Source of the DNA: Clostridia bacterium
GTDB lineage: Bacteria > Bacillota > Clostridia > UMGS1883 > UMGS1540
Reading direction: 5' to 3'
NCBI GenBank assembly: GCA_045533905.1
Contig: JAZSIR010000001.1
Coordinates: 1-64,000, forward strand
Length of the DNA: 64,000 nt
Numbering within the stretch: position 1 is the first letter of the stretch; each line of letters begins with the position of its first letter. Below are positions 53,619 through 64,000 of this stretch, one piece after another. The notes under the pieces were generated by a model. That model was given only the letters and a program-made list of their open reading frames with translations. It did no database searches and was not told the DNA's origin. Made by a program: the position numbers and the translations under genes.

Positions 53619-55529
53619 TTATACAATGCGGCGGAATTGTTTCTCTATTTCCTTTTTTGTGAGTGACAGAATAATCGGTCTCCCGTGCGGGCAGGTGGCA
53701 ATGCCTTCCAGAAGAAGTGCCTTCTTCACAAGAACCTCCTGCTCCTTTTCGGAAAGGTACCGGCCGCCTTTTAAGGCCGCCTTGCAGGCGATGCTCTCGA
53801 GAGCTTCCATCTCGGCAGTGGTCTTGGTGTCCCGTCTTGCGGAAAGTCTGTCGATAATTTCCAGAAATGCGGCGGAGACATCGGTATCGGAAAGTGCCGT
53901 GGGCACCATACTGATTTTGACAATCCCCGTGCCGAACTCCTCGGCATCAAAGCCGATTTTCTGCACAAGTGCTTCGTTTTCAAGAAATACAGACATTTCG
54001 CTCGGCGAAAGCCGCACATTCGTAGGCATCAGAAGCATCTGGCTGTCCACGCCCTTACCCTTTATATCTTCAAGGAGGGCATTATATAAGATACGCTCGT
54101 GCGCTGCGTGCTGATCAACTAAAATGAGCTTTCCTTCTGCTTCGGCCACGATATAGGTATCAAATGCCTGCCCCAAAATGCGCACAAACGGCTCCGGCTC
54201 GGGTGCGGGCACAGCTTCGGCTTTACCTTCGACTGTAGATTCCGGTACGCGTGCGGGCGCAGGTGTTACCGCAGTTTCCTTCTTCTCAGGAAACTCCGGA
54301 AGCGGAACTTCCACGGAAATACGCGGTGCAGAGCACATCTCTTCTCTTTCTCCGGCATAGGAATATGCGGGCGGCGGCGTCACGGTCACCGTGCGCGGCG
54401 ACTCTCTCTTTTCCGGCGTTTCTGGCGTGGCAGCACGCGGCTTTGTGGGCGCTGAAGGCGGTACGACTTCGGTCTGCACCGGAGAAGCCGTCTCCCTCTT
54501 CGGCGGAGGCGTCGTTTCTATATGCAGCGTGCGCGTATCGCGGATCGCATAGAGCGAATTTTTCGTACCCCAGTAAATCACATCAAAAATGGGCTTGTCA
54601 TTTGCAAACTTGATTTCCGCTTTCGAAGGATGTACATTCACATCACAAAGTGCAGGGTCAATATTGATATGTAAAACGGCCACAGGGAATCTTCCTGTCA
54701 TAATCTGACCGCGGTATGCCTCCATAAGCGCTATGGAGAAGCTTTTATGCATAACACTTCTGCCGTTGACAAAGAAAATCTGAAACGTGCGGTTCGGCCT
54801 TGTCAGCTCACTTTTGCCAATGAGCCCCGTAATCTGCACGCCGTCCTGCGCATAGGAGACGGGAAGCATTGCCTCGGCATAGTCACGCCCGAAAAGCGCC
54901 AGAACTGCATTTTGTAGCTCGCCGTCACCGGGCGTGAAAAAGATTTCTTTGCCGTTTACAATAAAGCGAAAGGAAATATCCGGGCGTGCGAGGGCGATTT
55001 TACGGACAATCTCCTCCGCATAGCCTGCTTCAACACTGTCTTTTTTCAGAAACTTCATTCTTGCCGGCGTATTAAAGAATAAATCACGAACAACAACGCT
55101 TGTGCCGTCGGGACAGCCGCAAGGCTCGAGCAGCGGCTCGCCGCCACCTCGTACGGCGGCGCGCGTTCCCATTGCATCCTCGCGGCGCTTTGTTATGATT
55201 TCCACTTCCGCCACAGCCGCGATACTGTAAAGAGCCTCCCCGCGAAAGCCGAGTGTTACGATGCTTTCGAGATCCTCTTCCGTTTCTATCTTACTCGTTG
55301 CATGGCGCAAAAACGCCGTGGGTACATCCTCTTCGGCCATACCGCGGCCGTTATCGGTGACCCGCATATATGTAATGCCGCCACGGCGCAGCTCCACGGT
55401 AATATGGCTCGCCAAAGCGTCAATTGCATTTTCCACAAGTTCTTTTATAACAGATGCCGGGCGTTCTACCACCTCGCCCGCAGCAATAAGCGCCGCAACT
55501 TCAGGCGCCAGTTTTCTGATTTCTGCCAT
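53619..55529 (-). CDS. mutL: DNA mismatch repair protein MutL
   Basis: IAAGEVVERP, ELVENAIDA, GFRGEAL, DQHAAHERI, ACKAA, CPHGRP. Confidence 0.97.
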   Translation of the reverse strand: MAEIRKLAPEVAALIAAGEVVERPASVIKELVENAIDALASHITVELRRGGITYMRVTDNGRGMAEEDVPTAFLRHATSKIETEEDLESIVTLGFRGEALYSIAAVAEVEIITKRREDAMGTRAAVRGGGEPLLEPCGCPDGTSVVVRDLFFNTPARMKFLKKDSVEAGYAEEIVRKIALARPDISFRFIVNGKEIFFTPGDGELQNAVLALFGRDYAEAMLPVSYAQDGVQITGLIGKSELTRPNRTFQIFFVNGRSVMHKSFSIALMEAYRGQIMTGRFPVAVLHINIDPALCDVNVHPSKAEIKFANDKPIFDVIYWGTKNSLYAIRDTRTLHIETTPPPKRETASPVQTEVVPPSAPTKPRAATPETPEKRESPRTVTVTPPPAYSYAGEREEMCSAPRISVEVPLPEFPEKKETAVTPAPARVPESTVEGKAEAVPAPEPEPFVRILGQAFDTYIVAEAEGKLILVDQHAAHERILYNALLEDIKGKGVDSQMLLMPTNVRLSPSEMSVFLENEALVQKIGFDAEEFGTGIVKISMVPTALSDTDVSAAFLEIIDRLSARRDTKTTAEMEALESIACKAALKGGRYLSEKEQEVLVKKALLLEGIATCPHGRPIILSLTKKEIEKQFRRIV

Positions 55530-55617
55530 ACTGTTTCCTCGCTTTTCTCTCGTTCTCTCCGTGCCCGCTAGAACAAAAAGGCAAATGAAAACTCATTTGC
55601 CTTTTTGTTTTGGCAGA

Positions 55618-55893
55618 TTACTCTGCGTCGTCTTGTTGCAGAAGCGTTTCTTCGTACTTACGAAGAATGGCACTCTGAAGAAGCTCTCGCATTTCGGCAT
55701 TGATCGGGTGCGCAACGTCCTTAAAAACACCCTCAGGCGTTTTTCTGCTAGGCATTGCTATGAACAGCTTGTCTTGACCTTCAATTACTTTGATGTCATG
55801 GATTACGATAGCGTTATCGAAGGTTACAGAAACAACCGCCTTCATTTTGCCCTCTGCCGTCATCCGCCTGACGCGGATATCCGTGATGTCCAT
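55618..55893 (-). CDS. spoVG: Septation regulator SpoVG
   Basis: [39 protein letters not shown]. Confidence 0.96.
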   Translation of the reverse strand: MDITDIRVRRMTAEGKMKAVVSVTFDNAIVIHDIKVIEGQDKLFIAMPSRKTPEGVFKDVAHPINAEMRELLQSAILRKYEETLLQQDDAE

Positions 55894-56070
55894 GAATGCA
55901 TCTCCTCCCGTTTATGTAGGTCAGAAGCGTCTCTAACCCCGCTTATTTACTATTTTATCAAATAAAAAATAAAATTTCAACAAAAATTACAATTTTATTG
56001 TATTTTTTTTATTTTTTAGTGTATAATATATATAATAGTATATTCTGATTTGGGAAAGGACAACATCGAA

Positions 56071-57441
56071 ATGGCATTTTTATTATCTTCCTTACCGCAC
56101 GGCGCACATATTCATTTTATCGGCATAGGCGGCATCAGTATGAGCGGCCTCGCCGACATACTAATAGACCGAGGCTTTCGCGTAAGCGGTTCTGATGTGC
56201 GCGAATCCCGCCTTACGGAGCATCTCCGTACGCGCGGTGCCACCGTGTACATAGGCCAACGTGCAGAAAACATCCAAAATCCGGATGCCGTTGTATACTC
56301 GGCAGCCATAAAGCCGGATAACGAGGAATTTCGCGCGGCCGAGGAATGCGGCGCGCCTTTGTTTGACCGTGCAACGCTGATGGGCGCGATCATGAAGCTT
56401 TATAAATACCCCGTAGCAATTGCGGGCACACACGGCAAAACCACAACCACCTCCATGATGACGCATATTGCACTCGCAGCTGACCTTGACCCCACCATTT
56501 CCCTTGGCGGGGAGCTTTCTGCCATCGGCGGCAACATCCGCGTTGGCGGCGGCGAGCATTTTATTTGCGAGGCTTGTGAATACCACCAGAGCTTTCTGCG
56601 GTTTTTTCCGCTTGTAAGTATTATTTTAAATGTAGAAGAGGATCATCTCGATTACTTTAGAGATCTTGACCATATTATGGATACTTTCCGCGGTCTCGCG
56701 GATTTAACGCCGCCGGAAGGGGCCGTAATCATCAATGCCGATGACGAAAACACCTGTACAGCAGTGTCGGAAAGTTCTGCCCGCATTATCACCGCTTCTG
56801 TACGGGACAAGTCAAAAGACTTTGTGGCCGTAGATATCGAAACGGATGAAGCCGGCTTCCCCGCCTTCTCCGTTTTAGAGTATGGAGAGAATCTCGGGCG
56901 CATTACGCTCTCCGTTTTCGGTATGCATAATGTATCAAATGCTCTTTGCACCGTGGCCGCTGCGCGTTTTCTCGGTATTCCGTTCTCGGCCATTTCGAAA
57001 GGGCTTGCTGCCTTCACAGGTGTTGGCCGCCGATTTGAAATCAAGGGCACGAAAGACGGCGTTATGGTGGTAGATGATTATGCGCATCACCCCACAGAAA
57101 TTGCCGCTACACTTCGCGTAGCGCAGGAGACCGCAAAAGGGCGCGTGTGGTGCATTTTTCAGCCGCACACCTATACGAGGACCAAAACACTGTTTGACGA
57201 CTTTAAAACGGTATTTTCAAACACAGGCGTACTTATGTTAGACATTTATGCCGCCCGTGAAAAGGATACGGGACTTGTAAGCGCAAAAGAGCTTGCGGAT
57301 GCAACGCCGGGCGCTATGTACCTTCCCTCCTTTGAGGCGTGCGCCGCATACCTTCTTGAAAATGTCAGAGAGGGAGATATGGTGCTGACGATGGGCGCGG
57401 GCGATGTATACCGCATCGGCGAAATGTTTTTAAAAAAATGA
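56071..57441 (+). CDS. murC: UDP-N-acetylmuramate--L-alanine ligase
   Basis: HFIGIGGISMSG, AGTHGKTTT, EACEY, DHLD, GVGRRFE, DDYAHHPTE, FQPH. Confidence 0.96.
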   Translation: MAFLLSSLPHGAHIHFIGIGGISMSGLADILIDRGFRVSGSDVRESRLTEHLRTRGATVYIGQRAENIQNPDAVVYSAAIKPDNEEFRAAEECGAPLFDRATLMGAIMKLYKYPVAIAGTHGKTTTTSMMTHIALAADLDPTISLGGELSAIGGNIRVGGGEHFICEACEYHQSFLRFFPLVSIILNVEEDHLDYFRDLDHIMDTFRGLADLTPPEGAVIINADDENTCTAVSESSARIITASVRDKSKDFVAVDIETDEAGFPAFSVLEYGENLGRITLSVFGMHNVSNALCTVAAARFLGIPFSAISKGLAAFTGVGRRFEIKGTKDGVMVVDDYAHHPTEIAATLRVAQETAKGRVWCIFQPHTYTRTKTLFDDFKTVFSNTGVLMLDIYAAREKDTGLVSAKELADATPGAMYLPSFEACAAYLLENVREGDMVLTMGAGDVYRIGEMFLKK

Positions 57442-57454
57442 ACAGATATACAAA

Positions 57455-57486
57455 AAGGCTTTAGCAAATAGCTAAAGCCTTTTTTC
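57455..57486. terminator. Bidirectional terminator
   Basis: AAAGGCTTTAGC-AAATA-GCTAAAGCCTTT. Confidence 0.75.
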
Positions 57487-58818
57487 TTATTGCTCCGGCA
57501 TTTTCATAATGCCAAATTCGTCTTTGAGCCAGAGAAGTACTTCTCCATCGAGGGATGCCAGGCCTAAATTGAACTGACCTTTCAGTGTTGTATCCTTTCG
57601 GATGGTTTCGTACAGACCCTTTGCAATATCCACCTGTGCTTTGATTTCAGGTGTTTTAAACATAAACTGCCTGTCAATGATAGCCTTATCTTCATACGTT
57701 AATACATCTATAATGCAGTCATGAATCGTTGTGATTAAGAGATACGGCTCAACGCCGGAAAACTCATTGAGATGTGCACTTATGTCGTCACGCACAAATC
57801 TGAGCTGGTCGGCCATCGCCTTGTTTTCGAGCGCGTAGTTCGGCGTGGGCGTCGGTTTCGGCGTAGCCGTTGCAGTGGGCTTCGGAGAAGCGGTTGCAGT
57901 AGGTTTCGGCGTAGCTGTTGCAGTAGGCTTCGGAGAAGCGGTTGCGGTAGGCTTCGGAGAAGCGGTTGCGGTAGCACTCGGGCTCGTAGTTGCCGTGGGT
58001 GCAGGGCTTGCCGTGGGCGCAGGAGAAGCCGAAGGGCTCTGTGTGGGAACCGGTGTGGCTGTAGGTGTGGGCGTTGTGCCGCCGACAACATTGTTGCCGC
58101 CGCCTCCACCGCCGCCTCCACCGCCGCCACCGCCGCCTCCGCCGCCGGAGGAGCTTGTGGGTTTGGGTGTAGGCGTGGGAACTACAGGCACATAGAGATT
58201 TGCAAACATCTGGCAAAACTCAGCTCTTGTTATGTTTTGCGTAGCACGGAAGGTGTTCCCCGCTTCCAGCGAAACGAATGCATTTCCAAGCGCGGCCTGT
58301 ACATACGGAACGGCCCACTCGGAAACCACGTCACTGATTTCGGTTTTAATCCCCAAGTCAAAAAGAGCTGCCGTGCGGCAAAGGATAGCGCACGCTTGTT
58401 CTCTTGTTACCATATTCTGGCCGCGGAAGGTGCCGTCCTCATACCCTACGATGTAGCCGGCCTTCTTGGCAATCAGTACATAGTCATAATACCAGTCCTC
58501 AGCCGTTACATCCGAAAAACCGGTAGCGTCTTTTTCAGTGTAGGCGAAAATGGCATTTACAATCTTGGAAAGCTCTGCACGTGTGATGGGAGCATCCGGT
58601 CGGAATGTACCGTCGCCATATCCAAGCAAAATGCCGCCGTCGGCAAGCTTGTAGATGGCTTTTCCTGCATCTGTGTTCTTATCTACATCCGTAAACACAA
58701 TGGGAGTTTTCGTCTCCGCCGAGCGTGCGGAAAGCTCTGTTGCAGAAACGGATGCAAGTGTGGCGAACACTGTCATGGCAATTGCCAGAAACAATGCGCC
58801 TTTTCTTGAAGGTTTCAT
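57487..58818 (-). CDS. SLH-domain surface protein with Gly run and Pro/Thr-rich linker
   Basis: Signal peptide, three SLH repeats (ITRAE, VTREQ, ITRAE), poly-Gly, TATA(S/T)PKP repeats. Confidence 0.85.
   Translation of the reverse strand: MKPSRKGALFLAIAMTVFATLASVSATELSARSAETKTPIVFTDVDKNTDAGKAIYKLADGGILLGYGDGTFRPDAPITRAELSKIVNAIFAYTEKDATGFSDVTAEDWYYDYVLIAKKAGYIVGYEDGTFRGQNMVTREQACAILCRTAALFDLGIKTEISDVVSEWAVPYVQAALGNAFVSLEAGNTFRATQNITRAEFCQMFANLYVPVVPTPTPKPTSSSGGGGGGGGGGGGGGGGGNNVVGGTTPTPTATPVPTQSPSASPAPTASPAPTATTSPSATATASPKPTATASPKPTATATPKPTATASPKPTATATPKPTPTPNYALENKAMADQLRFVRDDISAHLNEFSGVEPYLLITTIHDCIIDVLTYEDKAIIDRQFMFKTPEIKAQVDIAKGLYETIRKDTTLKGQFNLGLASLDGEVLLWLKDEFGIMKMPEQ
57851..57973. repeat. 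24-bp tandem repeat (about 5 units) encoding ATA(S/T)PKPT
   Basis: GTAGGYTTCGG(AGA/CGT)AGCGGTTGC units. Confidence 0.8.
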
Positions 58819-58878
58819 TTTGTTCCCTCCTTGTTCTGAAAATCCGCCACGGCCACACGGCTGTGGCGGATTTTTTGA

Positions 58879-61800
58879 TTAAAATTCAAGTTTTCTCGTG
58901 ATGCGAAGTGTGATATTTGCGAAATTTACGCGAAAATCATCTCTTGTAGCGATGTCATCCGCGGTCTCCGGTACGCGGAAGGGTTCCACACCTTCCTCTG
59001 CGATGAGGCAAAGAAGATCGTATACAGAATCCACAGTGCCTGTCACTCTACCCGAATTCTTGATTTCATCCATGCGGTCGGCCAGTGTGCCGAATCCGCC
59101 GCGGCCGGCAAAGAGTTCACCAAGCGATGTGCTTTCGAACTTGTTGACTGCTGTGCGGAGCTTGCCGGAATCAATCAGCTTCTTGAGAGCTTCCTGCGTC
59201 TTTGCTTCGAACTGATAGAAGAGCGTATAGAGAGAATCCATTGTGATAACCGGTTCTTCCTGCCCTACAATCCAGTCGGTAAGCTTCTGTACCTTTTCGT
59301 TATTTTCAATGTCACCCGAGAGGATCAGTTCATCCACGCGCGAGCCGAGATAACGTTCTACGAGTCCCTGCAATTTTGCGCGGTTCTTAGAAAGCAGATC
59401 GGAAATCTGGCTTACCTGCGAAATGAGCGAATCTATGCGACCGGGAAGCGTTCCGTCGTTTTCGAAGGCTTCTAAAAGCTCACGGATCTTTGCATATGCC
59501 GCATCGGCTTTATCAAAGAGCGCGCTGTAAACCGCCGCAAACTCTGTCGGCGTTACGTTGTTATCATCACCGTACCAGGTGAGTGCATCGTCCGCAACAA
59601 GGAATGTTGCATAGATGTAATCGTAATAATCCATAACATCCTTTACCGTGTAGCCTGTGAGCGTTTCGCTCCGGAGCGCCGGGTTATATGTGAGAAGGCT
59701 GTCAACAATGCTCGTTTCCACCAGATACTTAAGGTAAATGTTTTCATCGTAGCGAACACCGAGATCCCGGATCTTCTCTTCAGCCTTTGCCTGCGCCTTT
59801 TCATAGATCGGCACTACGATTTCATTGATTACGTCGATTTTCCATGTAAGCGAGGTTGTGTACTTCGCCGGAGCACCGGTATTTCTTGCTCTGTCAATAG
59901 CGGCTTCGAGACCATCGCAGTACTCGTCACGGATTTCAGTGAAGAAGCCGTTGATGCGGTCCTTGCCGAGGATGTTGACCATCTTCGAAAGGATTGCATT
60001 ATCCGTCTGCTCCAGTGCGGAATCGAGAGAGAGCGAACGGATGGCACCGGCAATGGCAATGACCATCGAAAGATTACCGCTGTTGATTTCAAATTCTTTC
60101 TTTGTTAGAAGACTTGTTAAAAGTGTATCGTACTCTGTAGTCTGGCTGATCTCGGTGTAAACGCTGTCTGCAAATGCAATCTTATCTTCAAGACGGCTAA
60201 TGTACGCCTTCACAAGCGTCTCGTTAATTACGGAAGACAAATCGAATGTAGCGAGCACTTCTGTGATCAGCGCGCGGTTATCATGAATAAATTCTGCCGT
60301 AATATTGTCGATAAATCCACCGACTTCTGTTGCAATTTCCGCGGGCGTTGCATCCTCGTTGATATAGGTCGTAGCCATAGATTCGAGCGTGGAAGCCTGC
60401 GCCGGATCTGCAATAAAGGTCTCCAGTTCTGCACGAATAAGTGTGACGTTTGCGGAGTCTGCCCCGAGGAACTTTGCGGTGTATCTGTTGAGATCGGACA
60501 GCGAGATCGTGCCAACACTGGTAACGAGCAGCCCCTCTACCATGGTTCTGTTTTCCGCTACCGCGGTTGCCATGTAGCCGGTGATTGCAGTGTTCGACAT
60601 CGTGGGAATGTACGCCGCAAGTTTTGTCTTTAACGTTTCCTTTGCGTTCGGAACCGTATTGAACATGCTTGTGAGATTTGTAGCAATCTGTTCCTTTGTA
60701 AGGCCGCCTACATATGTCTTAATCAGGGCCTTCATTTCTGCGCCTTCACAATTTCCGGCGATGAAGGAAGACATTGTGGCCGTGCTTACTTTCCCATCCG
60801 TTACGGCATCAATCAAGGCCTTTTCCACGTCTCCGTAGACGGTGCTGCCTGCTGCCTGCACCATAGGAACGAGCTTTGAAATCAAGAGGCTGTAATTGGC
60901 ATCCTGTTTTACAATGCCTTCGGCCATTGCGCGGTTTGTCGATACAAATTCGCGAATAACCGCAGCAATATCGTCCTGCTTGGTTTCGTCATGGAGCATT
61001 ACGTTCTTGAGCGTTTCAAGATGTCCCTTAATGGTATAAATTTCATCTGTGCTTTCTACGTTAGTAGCTTTTACAATTTCGCCAACGCATGTAATAAGGA
61101 TTTCTTCAATAACAGATGCTACATTCGCGTTGAGAGAAGAATCTTCCGTGAGATACTTTTCTACGTATTCCACCATCTTAGCTTCAATAATGCTGTTAAT
61201 CTTAGCATCGGTAATGGTGTTACCGGCGGCCAAAGCATCGAGCATTTCTACCTTGTAGGCGTCGAATTCGCTTCTTGCTGTTGCGAGGATTTCGTCGCGT
61301 GCGGCAGAATTGGTATACAGGTCATCCTTAAACATCTGCTGGTTTGCGCCTGCGTAATTCGTGGAGCCGTAAATAGCTGCAATCCCCGGGTTTGTAGCAT
61401 ACATTTCGTCATACAAATCCGAAAGCATAGCTTCTACTTCTGTCTGCGTGATAAAGCCTTCAAAGGCACTCGCATCTACCCCACTCTGGCCGCAGATGTA
61501 GGCGTACAATGCAGACTCATTCGGAACCACAGCGCTGAATGTGATGGAATTTAAAACTTCTGTACGCATCGCGCCACGGATATCTGTCGGTTCCTGACCG
61601 GGAAGCGGCTTGGAAATCAAGAGTTTGAAGTTTGTGTCAGCCTTTACACGGTTTAAAATGTTCGTTTTAAACGCGGTGTTGCCGGCAAGGAGTGCTTCGA
61701 TATCCGTCTTTATATCGCCGTGATGGAGGTTATCAACCACATGGTCATGGAAAATTGTGGAATGCAGAAGTGCATCAATAAATGCATCATTGGCAACAAC

Positions 61801-64000
61801 TGCATCGATAAGTGCATCGCGAAATGCCGTGTTTGCCAGGACCTTATCGATAAAGGTGTCTGCAAGAAGCATTGTGGCGATCATGTCCTTTACAGTGGTT
61901 TCCTGCAAAATGGTCGAGAGCGAGCTGCTCATCAAAATCGCTTTGCGAACATTGGTACCTGTAGATGTAGTGGTATCCAAAATAGCTGCTTTGACTTCTG
62001 TCAACACCGTGTTCATCATAACTGAGCTTGTGCTCTTAAGGTCGGCGCAAATTACGTTTACAAGTTCGTCGCTTCCTTTAATATAGGTTACAACAGCGTC
62101 GCTTGCCGTTCCCGCGGCAAGGTCACCAATAAGTGCTTCCGCAATGGTCGTCTTAATCGTGCCATTTTCGCGAATCTCCGCAATAACAAAGTCACGCAGG
62201 GGGTCTTCCGGCGCTGTGTTCGAAAGCGAGGTAATCAGTGTATTTACAAAGCGCTTCTGCAAATCGCTTCCTTCTGTTTTGAGAAGACCGTCAAGATAGG
62301 TAAGCGCGGAAGTTTTGAGCGCGGATTGTTTCTCTACATCCTGCAAATCTGCGAGAAGTTGATTTACAATTCTTGTGCGGAATTCCCCGTTGGTTGTCAG
62401 GTAATTTACAACGAACGAAAGCATCTTCGAAGGCGTTGCCGTAAGGTCTGTTACAATGTAATTTACAATCTGCGGCTTGAACTCTTCTGTTTTTACGAGG
62501 TTTGCAAGTTCTTCATCCGTCATCGCGCCAATGAGACCGGATACATCGATCGTGCCCGCGAGATCCGCTACGTCAATCATGCTGAAGAGGTTATCAAGCT
62601 TTGCCTCGTCACTTACAGTATCGCGGACAAACTGGCGAACCATGCTGTCAGCCGTGTTTCTCTTTACAAAGGTAGAAATCGGCAAGGAAATCTCCGAAAC
62701 CTTGATGTTCAAATCTTCGTCGATAAGACCTGCGTTCGAAAGCTTTTCGATAAGCTGCACCTTTGTTTCATCGTACCGCGGAATCATATCGAGCGTAATG
62801 GCCTTTTCAAGCTGCTGTCTGCCGGCTTTCGCCATATCCTTGACGGAATTCATTGCGCGCGTGCTTGCATTGTAAAACGCCTGCACGTAGAGCGGCTCGG
62901 GCATGTCGCGGATAAGCGCTGTGATAGCTATACTATCGAGAAGAATGTATACATTGGTATCTTCTGTAAGAACGACCTCTGTAGTGAAGGGTACGAGTGT
63001 ATTTGTATCATCTACATACCAAAGAGAACCCTCTGTCTTGTGTGTGTATTCGTTGCCGGCGTATACAGAGGCGAGGCTCGCAGTCTCAGAATACCCTGTC
63101 TTATAAAACTGCGTCATATCCGGAAGGTCTGCTTCCGAAAGTGTGCCGCCTACATAGGTACCGGAAGTTTTTACATTCAGAATTTCGTTGTAGCCGCGGA
63201 AGAACTTAACGACTACCGGAGGCTTCGGTACGAAGTTCGGGAAAAGTTCAATTACATCCGGTGTTTCGTCTGTAACTTCAAAGCCCGTAAACTCTGTGCC
63301 GTCCGCAAGAATCCAGCCGCCCATCATCTGGGAAGGATCGCTTACGACTACCTTGTCGAAGTCTGCAAGCGGCGTAATGCTTGCATTTAAGATGGTGTAT
63401 TCCGTAGTCGGTACATAGCCATCTACGAAAGTGGCGTTATAGTGCACCGTGTATGTGATAATTTCAAAGTCTGCATATACATCGACTGTCGTGCCCATAC
63501 CGGCTGCGACGGCGAGTGTGGCATCATACGGAACGTAACTTACGTTGCCGCCGTTTTCGACGCGCATAAACCAACCGAGGAAGGTATAACCGGTGCGGTG
63601 TACCTTATCAAGTTCCGGGAAGGTGTAGGCTGTTTCAATGTCGAAGTCCACGCCCGGCGTAAAGCCCGTGACAAAGTCGGTAAAGGCTGTACCGTCCATA
63701 TTCTTAAAGACAACTCTGTACGGAATCTTTTCCCATACTGCACGAAGCGTAATGCCTTCGGCCACGGTCATATCAGCAGTAACTGCAAGCTCGGTGACAT
63801 CCGCGCCCGAAGCATCCTTCCAGCCGAGGAATCTCCAGCCGAGTCTTTCAATATTTTCATCTGCCGGCAAAACTGTGGTGCCCTGATTCAGAATTGTAAA
63901 GTTTGCAGGGGCGGTATATCCGTCCTTATAATAGGCAAACGGCGTGGTGCCGTCCGCATCCATAAAGTGAATCGGATATGTGTTCAGGGTATAATTGGAA
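58879..64000 (-). CDS. Very large surface protein (partial, start outside window): InlB B-repeat domains followed by long alpha-helical region
   Basis: Frame open to window edge; GW.FLGW...LRAVW and GYTFLGWF...VYADF repeats, then >1200 aa amphipathic helical sequence. Confidence 0.7.
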   Translation of the reverse strand, partial: SNYTLNTYPIHFMDADGTTPFAYYKDGYTAPANFTILNQGTTVLPADENIERLGWRFLGWKDASGADVTELAVTADMTVAEGITLRAVWEKIPYRVVFKNMDGTAFTDFVTGFTPGVDFDIETAYTFPELDKVHRTGYTFLGWFMRVENGGNVSYVPYDATLAVAAGMGTTVDVYADFEIITYTVHYNATFVDGYVPTTEYTILNASITPLADFDKVVVSDPSQMMGGWILADGTEFTGFEVTDETPDVIELFPNFVPKPPVVVKFFRGYNEILNVKTSGTYVGGTLSEADLPDMTQFYKTGYSETASLASVYAGNEYTHKTEGSLWYVDDTNTLVPFTTEVVLTEDTNVYILLDSIAITALIRDMPEPLYVQAFYNASTRAMNSVKDMAKAGRQQLEKAITLDMIPRYDETKVQLIEKLSNAGLIDEDLNIKVSEISLPISTFVKRNTADSMVRQFVRDTVSDEAKLDNLFSMIDVADLAGTIDVSGLIGAMTDEELANLVKTEEFKPQIVNYIVTDLTATPSKMLSFVVNYLTTNGEFRTRIVNQLLADLQDVEKQSALKTSALTYLDGLLKTEGSDLQKRFVNTLITSLSNTAPEDPLRDFVIAEIRENGTIKTTIAEALIGDLAAGTASDAVVTYIKGSDELVNVICADLKSTSSVMMNTVLTEVKAAILDTTTSTGTNVRKAILMSSSLSTILQETTVKDMIATMLLADTFIDKVLANTAFRDALIDAVVANDAFIDALLHSTIFHDHVVDNLHHGDIKTDIEALLAGNTAFKTNILNRVKADTNFKLLISKPLPGQEPTDIRGAMRTEVLNSITFSAVVPNESALYAYICGQSGVDASAFEGFITQTEVEAMLSDLYDEMYATNPGIAAIYGSTNYAGANQQMFKDDLYTNSAARDEILATARSEFDAYKVEMLDALAAGNTITDAKINSIIEAKMVEYVEKYLTEDSSLNANVASVIEEILITCVGEIVKATNVESTDEIYTIKGHLETLKNVMLHDETKQDDIAAVIREFVSTNRAMAEGIVKQDANYSLLISKLVPMVQAAGSTVYGDVEKALIDAVTDGKVSTATMSSFIAGNCEGAEMKALIKTYVGGLTKEQIATNLTSMFNTVPNAKETLKTKLAAYIPTMSNTAITGYMATAVAENRTMVEGLLVTSVGTISLSDLNRYTAKFLGADSANVTLIRAELETFIADPAQASTLESMATTYINEDATPAEIATEVGGFIDNITAEFIHDNRALITEVLATFDLSSVINETLVKAYISRLEDKIAFADSVYTEISQTTEYDTLLTSLLTKKEFEINSGNLSMVIAIAGAIRSLSLDSALEQTDNAILSKMVNILGKDRINGFFTEIRDEYCDGLEAAIDRARNTGAPAKYTTSLTWKIDVINEIVVPIYEKAQAKAEEKIRDLGVRYDENIYLKYLVETSIVDSLLTYNPALRSETLTGYTVKDVMDYYDYIYATFLVADDALTWYGDDNNVTPTEFAAVYSALFDKADAAYAKIRELLEAFENDGTLPGRIDSLISQVSQISDLLSKNRAKLQGLVERYLGSRVDELILSGDIENNEKVQKLTDWIVGQEEPVITMDSLYTLFYQFEAKTQEALKKLIDSGKLRTAVNKFESTSLGELFAGRGGFGTLADRMDEIKNSGRVTGTVDSVYDLLCLIAEEGVEPFRVPETADDIATRDDFRVNFANITLRITRKLEF

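Noticed and set aside
57772-58809. Repeat region as CRISPR array, or alternative Arg-rich ORFs
   Set aside because: Repeats are contiguous, in-frame 24-mers with no unique spacers; the alternative ORFs arise from low complexity
62326-63390. 354-aa plus-strand ORF
   Set aside because: Antisense shadow of the large surface protein

Overview
Clostridia-like (spore-forming, SLH-protein-rich Bacillota) genomic window in three parts. (1) 1-~30860 is the right part of an AT-richer integrative mobilisable element, with a MobP3-type relaxase at the left and a triple serine-recombinase cassette at the right. Its cargo starts with a tyrosine recombinase next to a 250-bp invertible promoter (exact 20-bp inverted sites), which sits upstream of a SLOG gene and a collapsed restriction-modification remnant. 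A LytTR two-component system then precedes an ~18-kb operon. In that operon four transporter subunits (two ABC ATPases, two DAACS-family proteins) carry degenerate RsbW-like kinase folds. They are encoded with two STAS proteins, a membrane PP2C phosphatase, an intact RsbW-type kinase and purine-degrading enzymes (HD phosphohydrolase, DeoD, adenine deaminase, SLH-anchored 5'-nucleotidase), but no sigma factor. This looks like a partner-switching system acting on transporters and is the best candidate for an undescribed system. (2) 31085-35190 is a headless fragment of a phage polyvalent (MuF/LPD-like) protein. It ends in a synonymously recoded duplicate of the neighbouring acyl-CoA ligase 3' end and carries an overprinted small gene. 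(3) 35192-64000 is mostly ordinary host chromosome (murA, lgt, M16 peptidases, cca, rdgB, rpmB, mutL, spoVG, murC, SLH surface proteins). No rRNA, tRNA or CRISPR array was seen. All family assignments come from motif recognition by eye, not from database searches.
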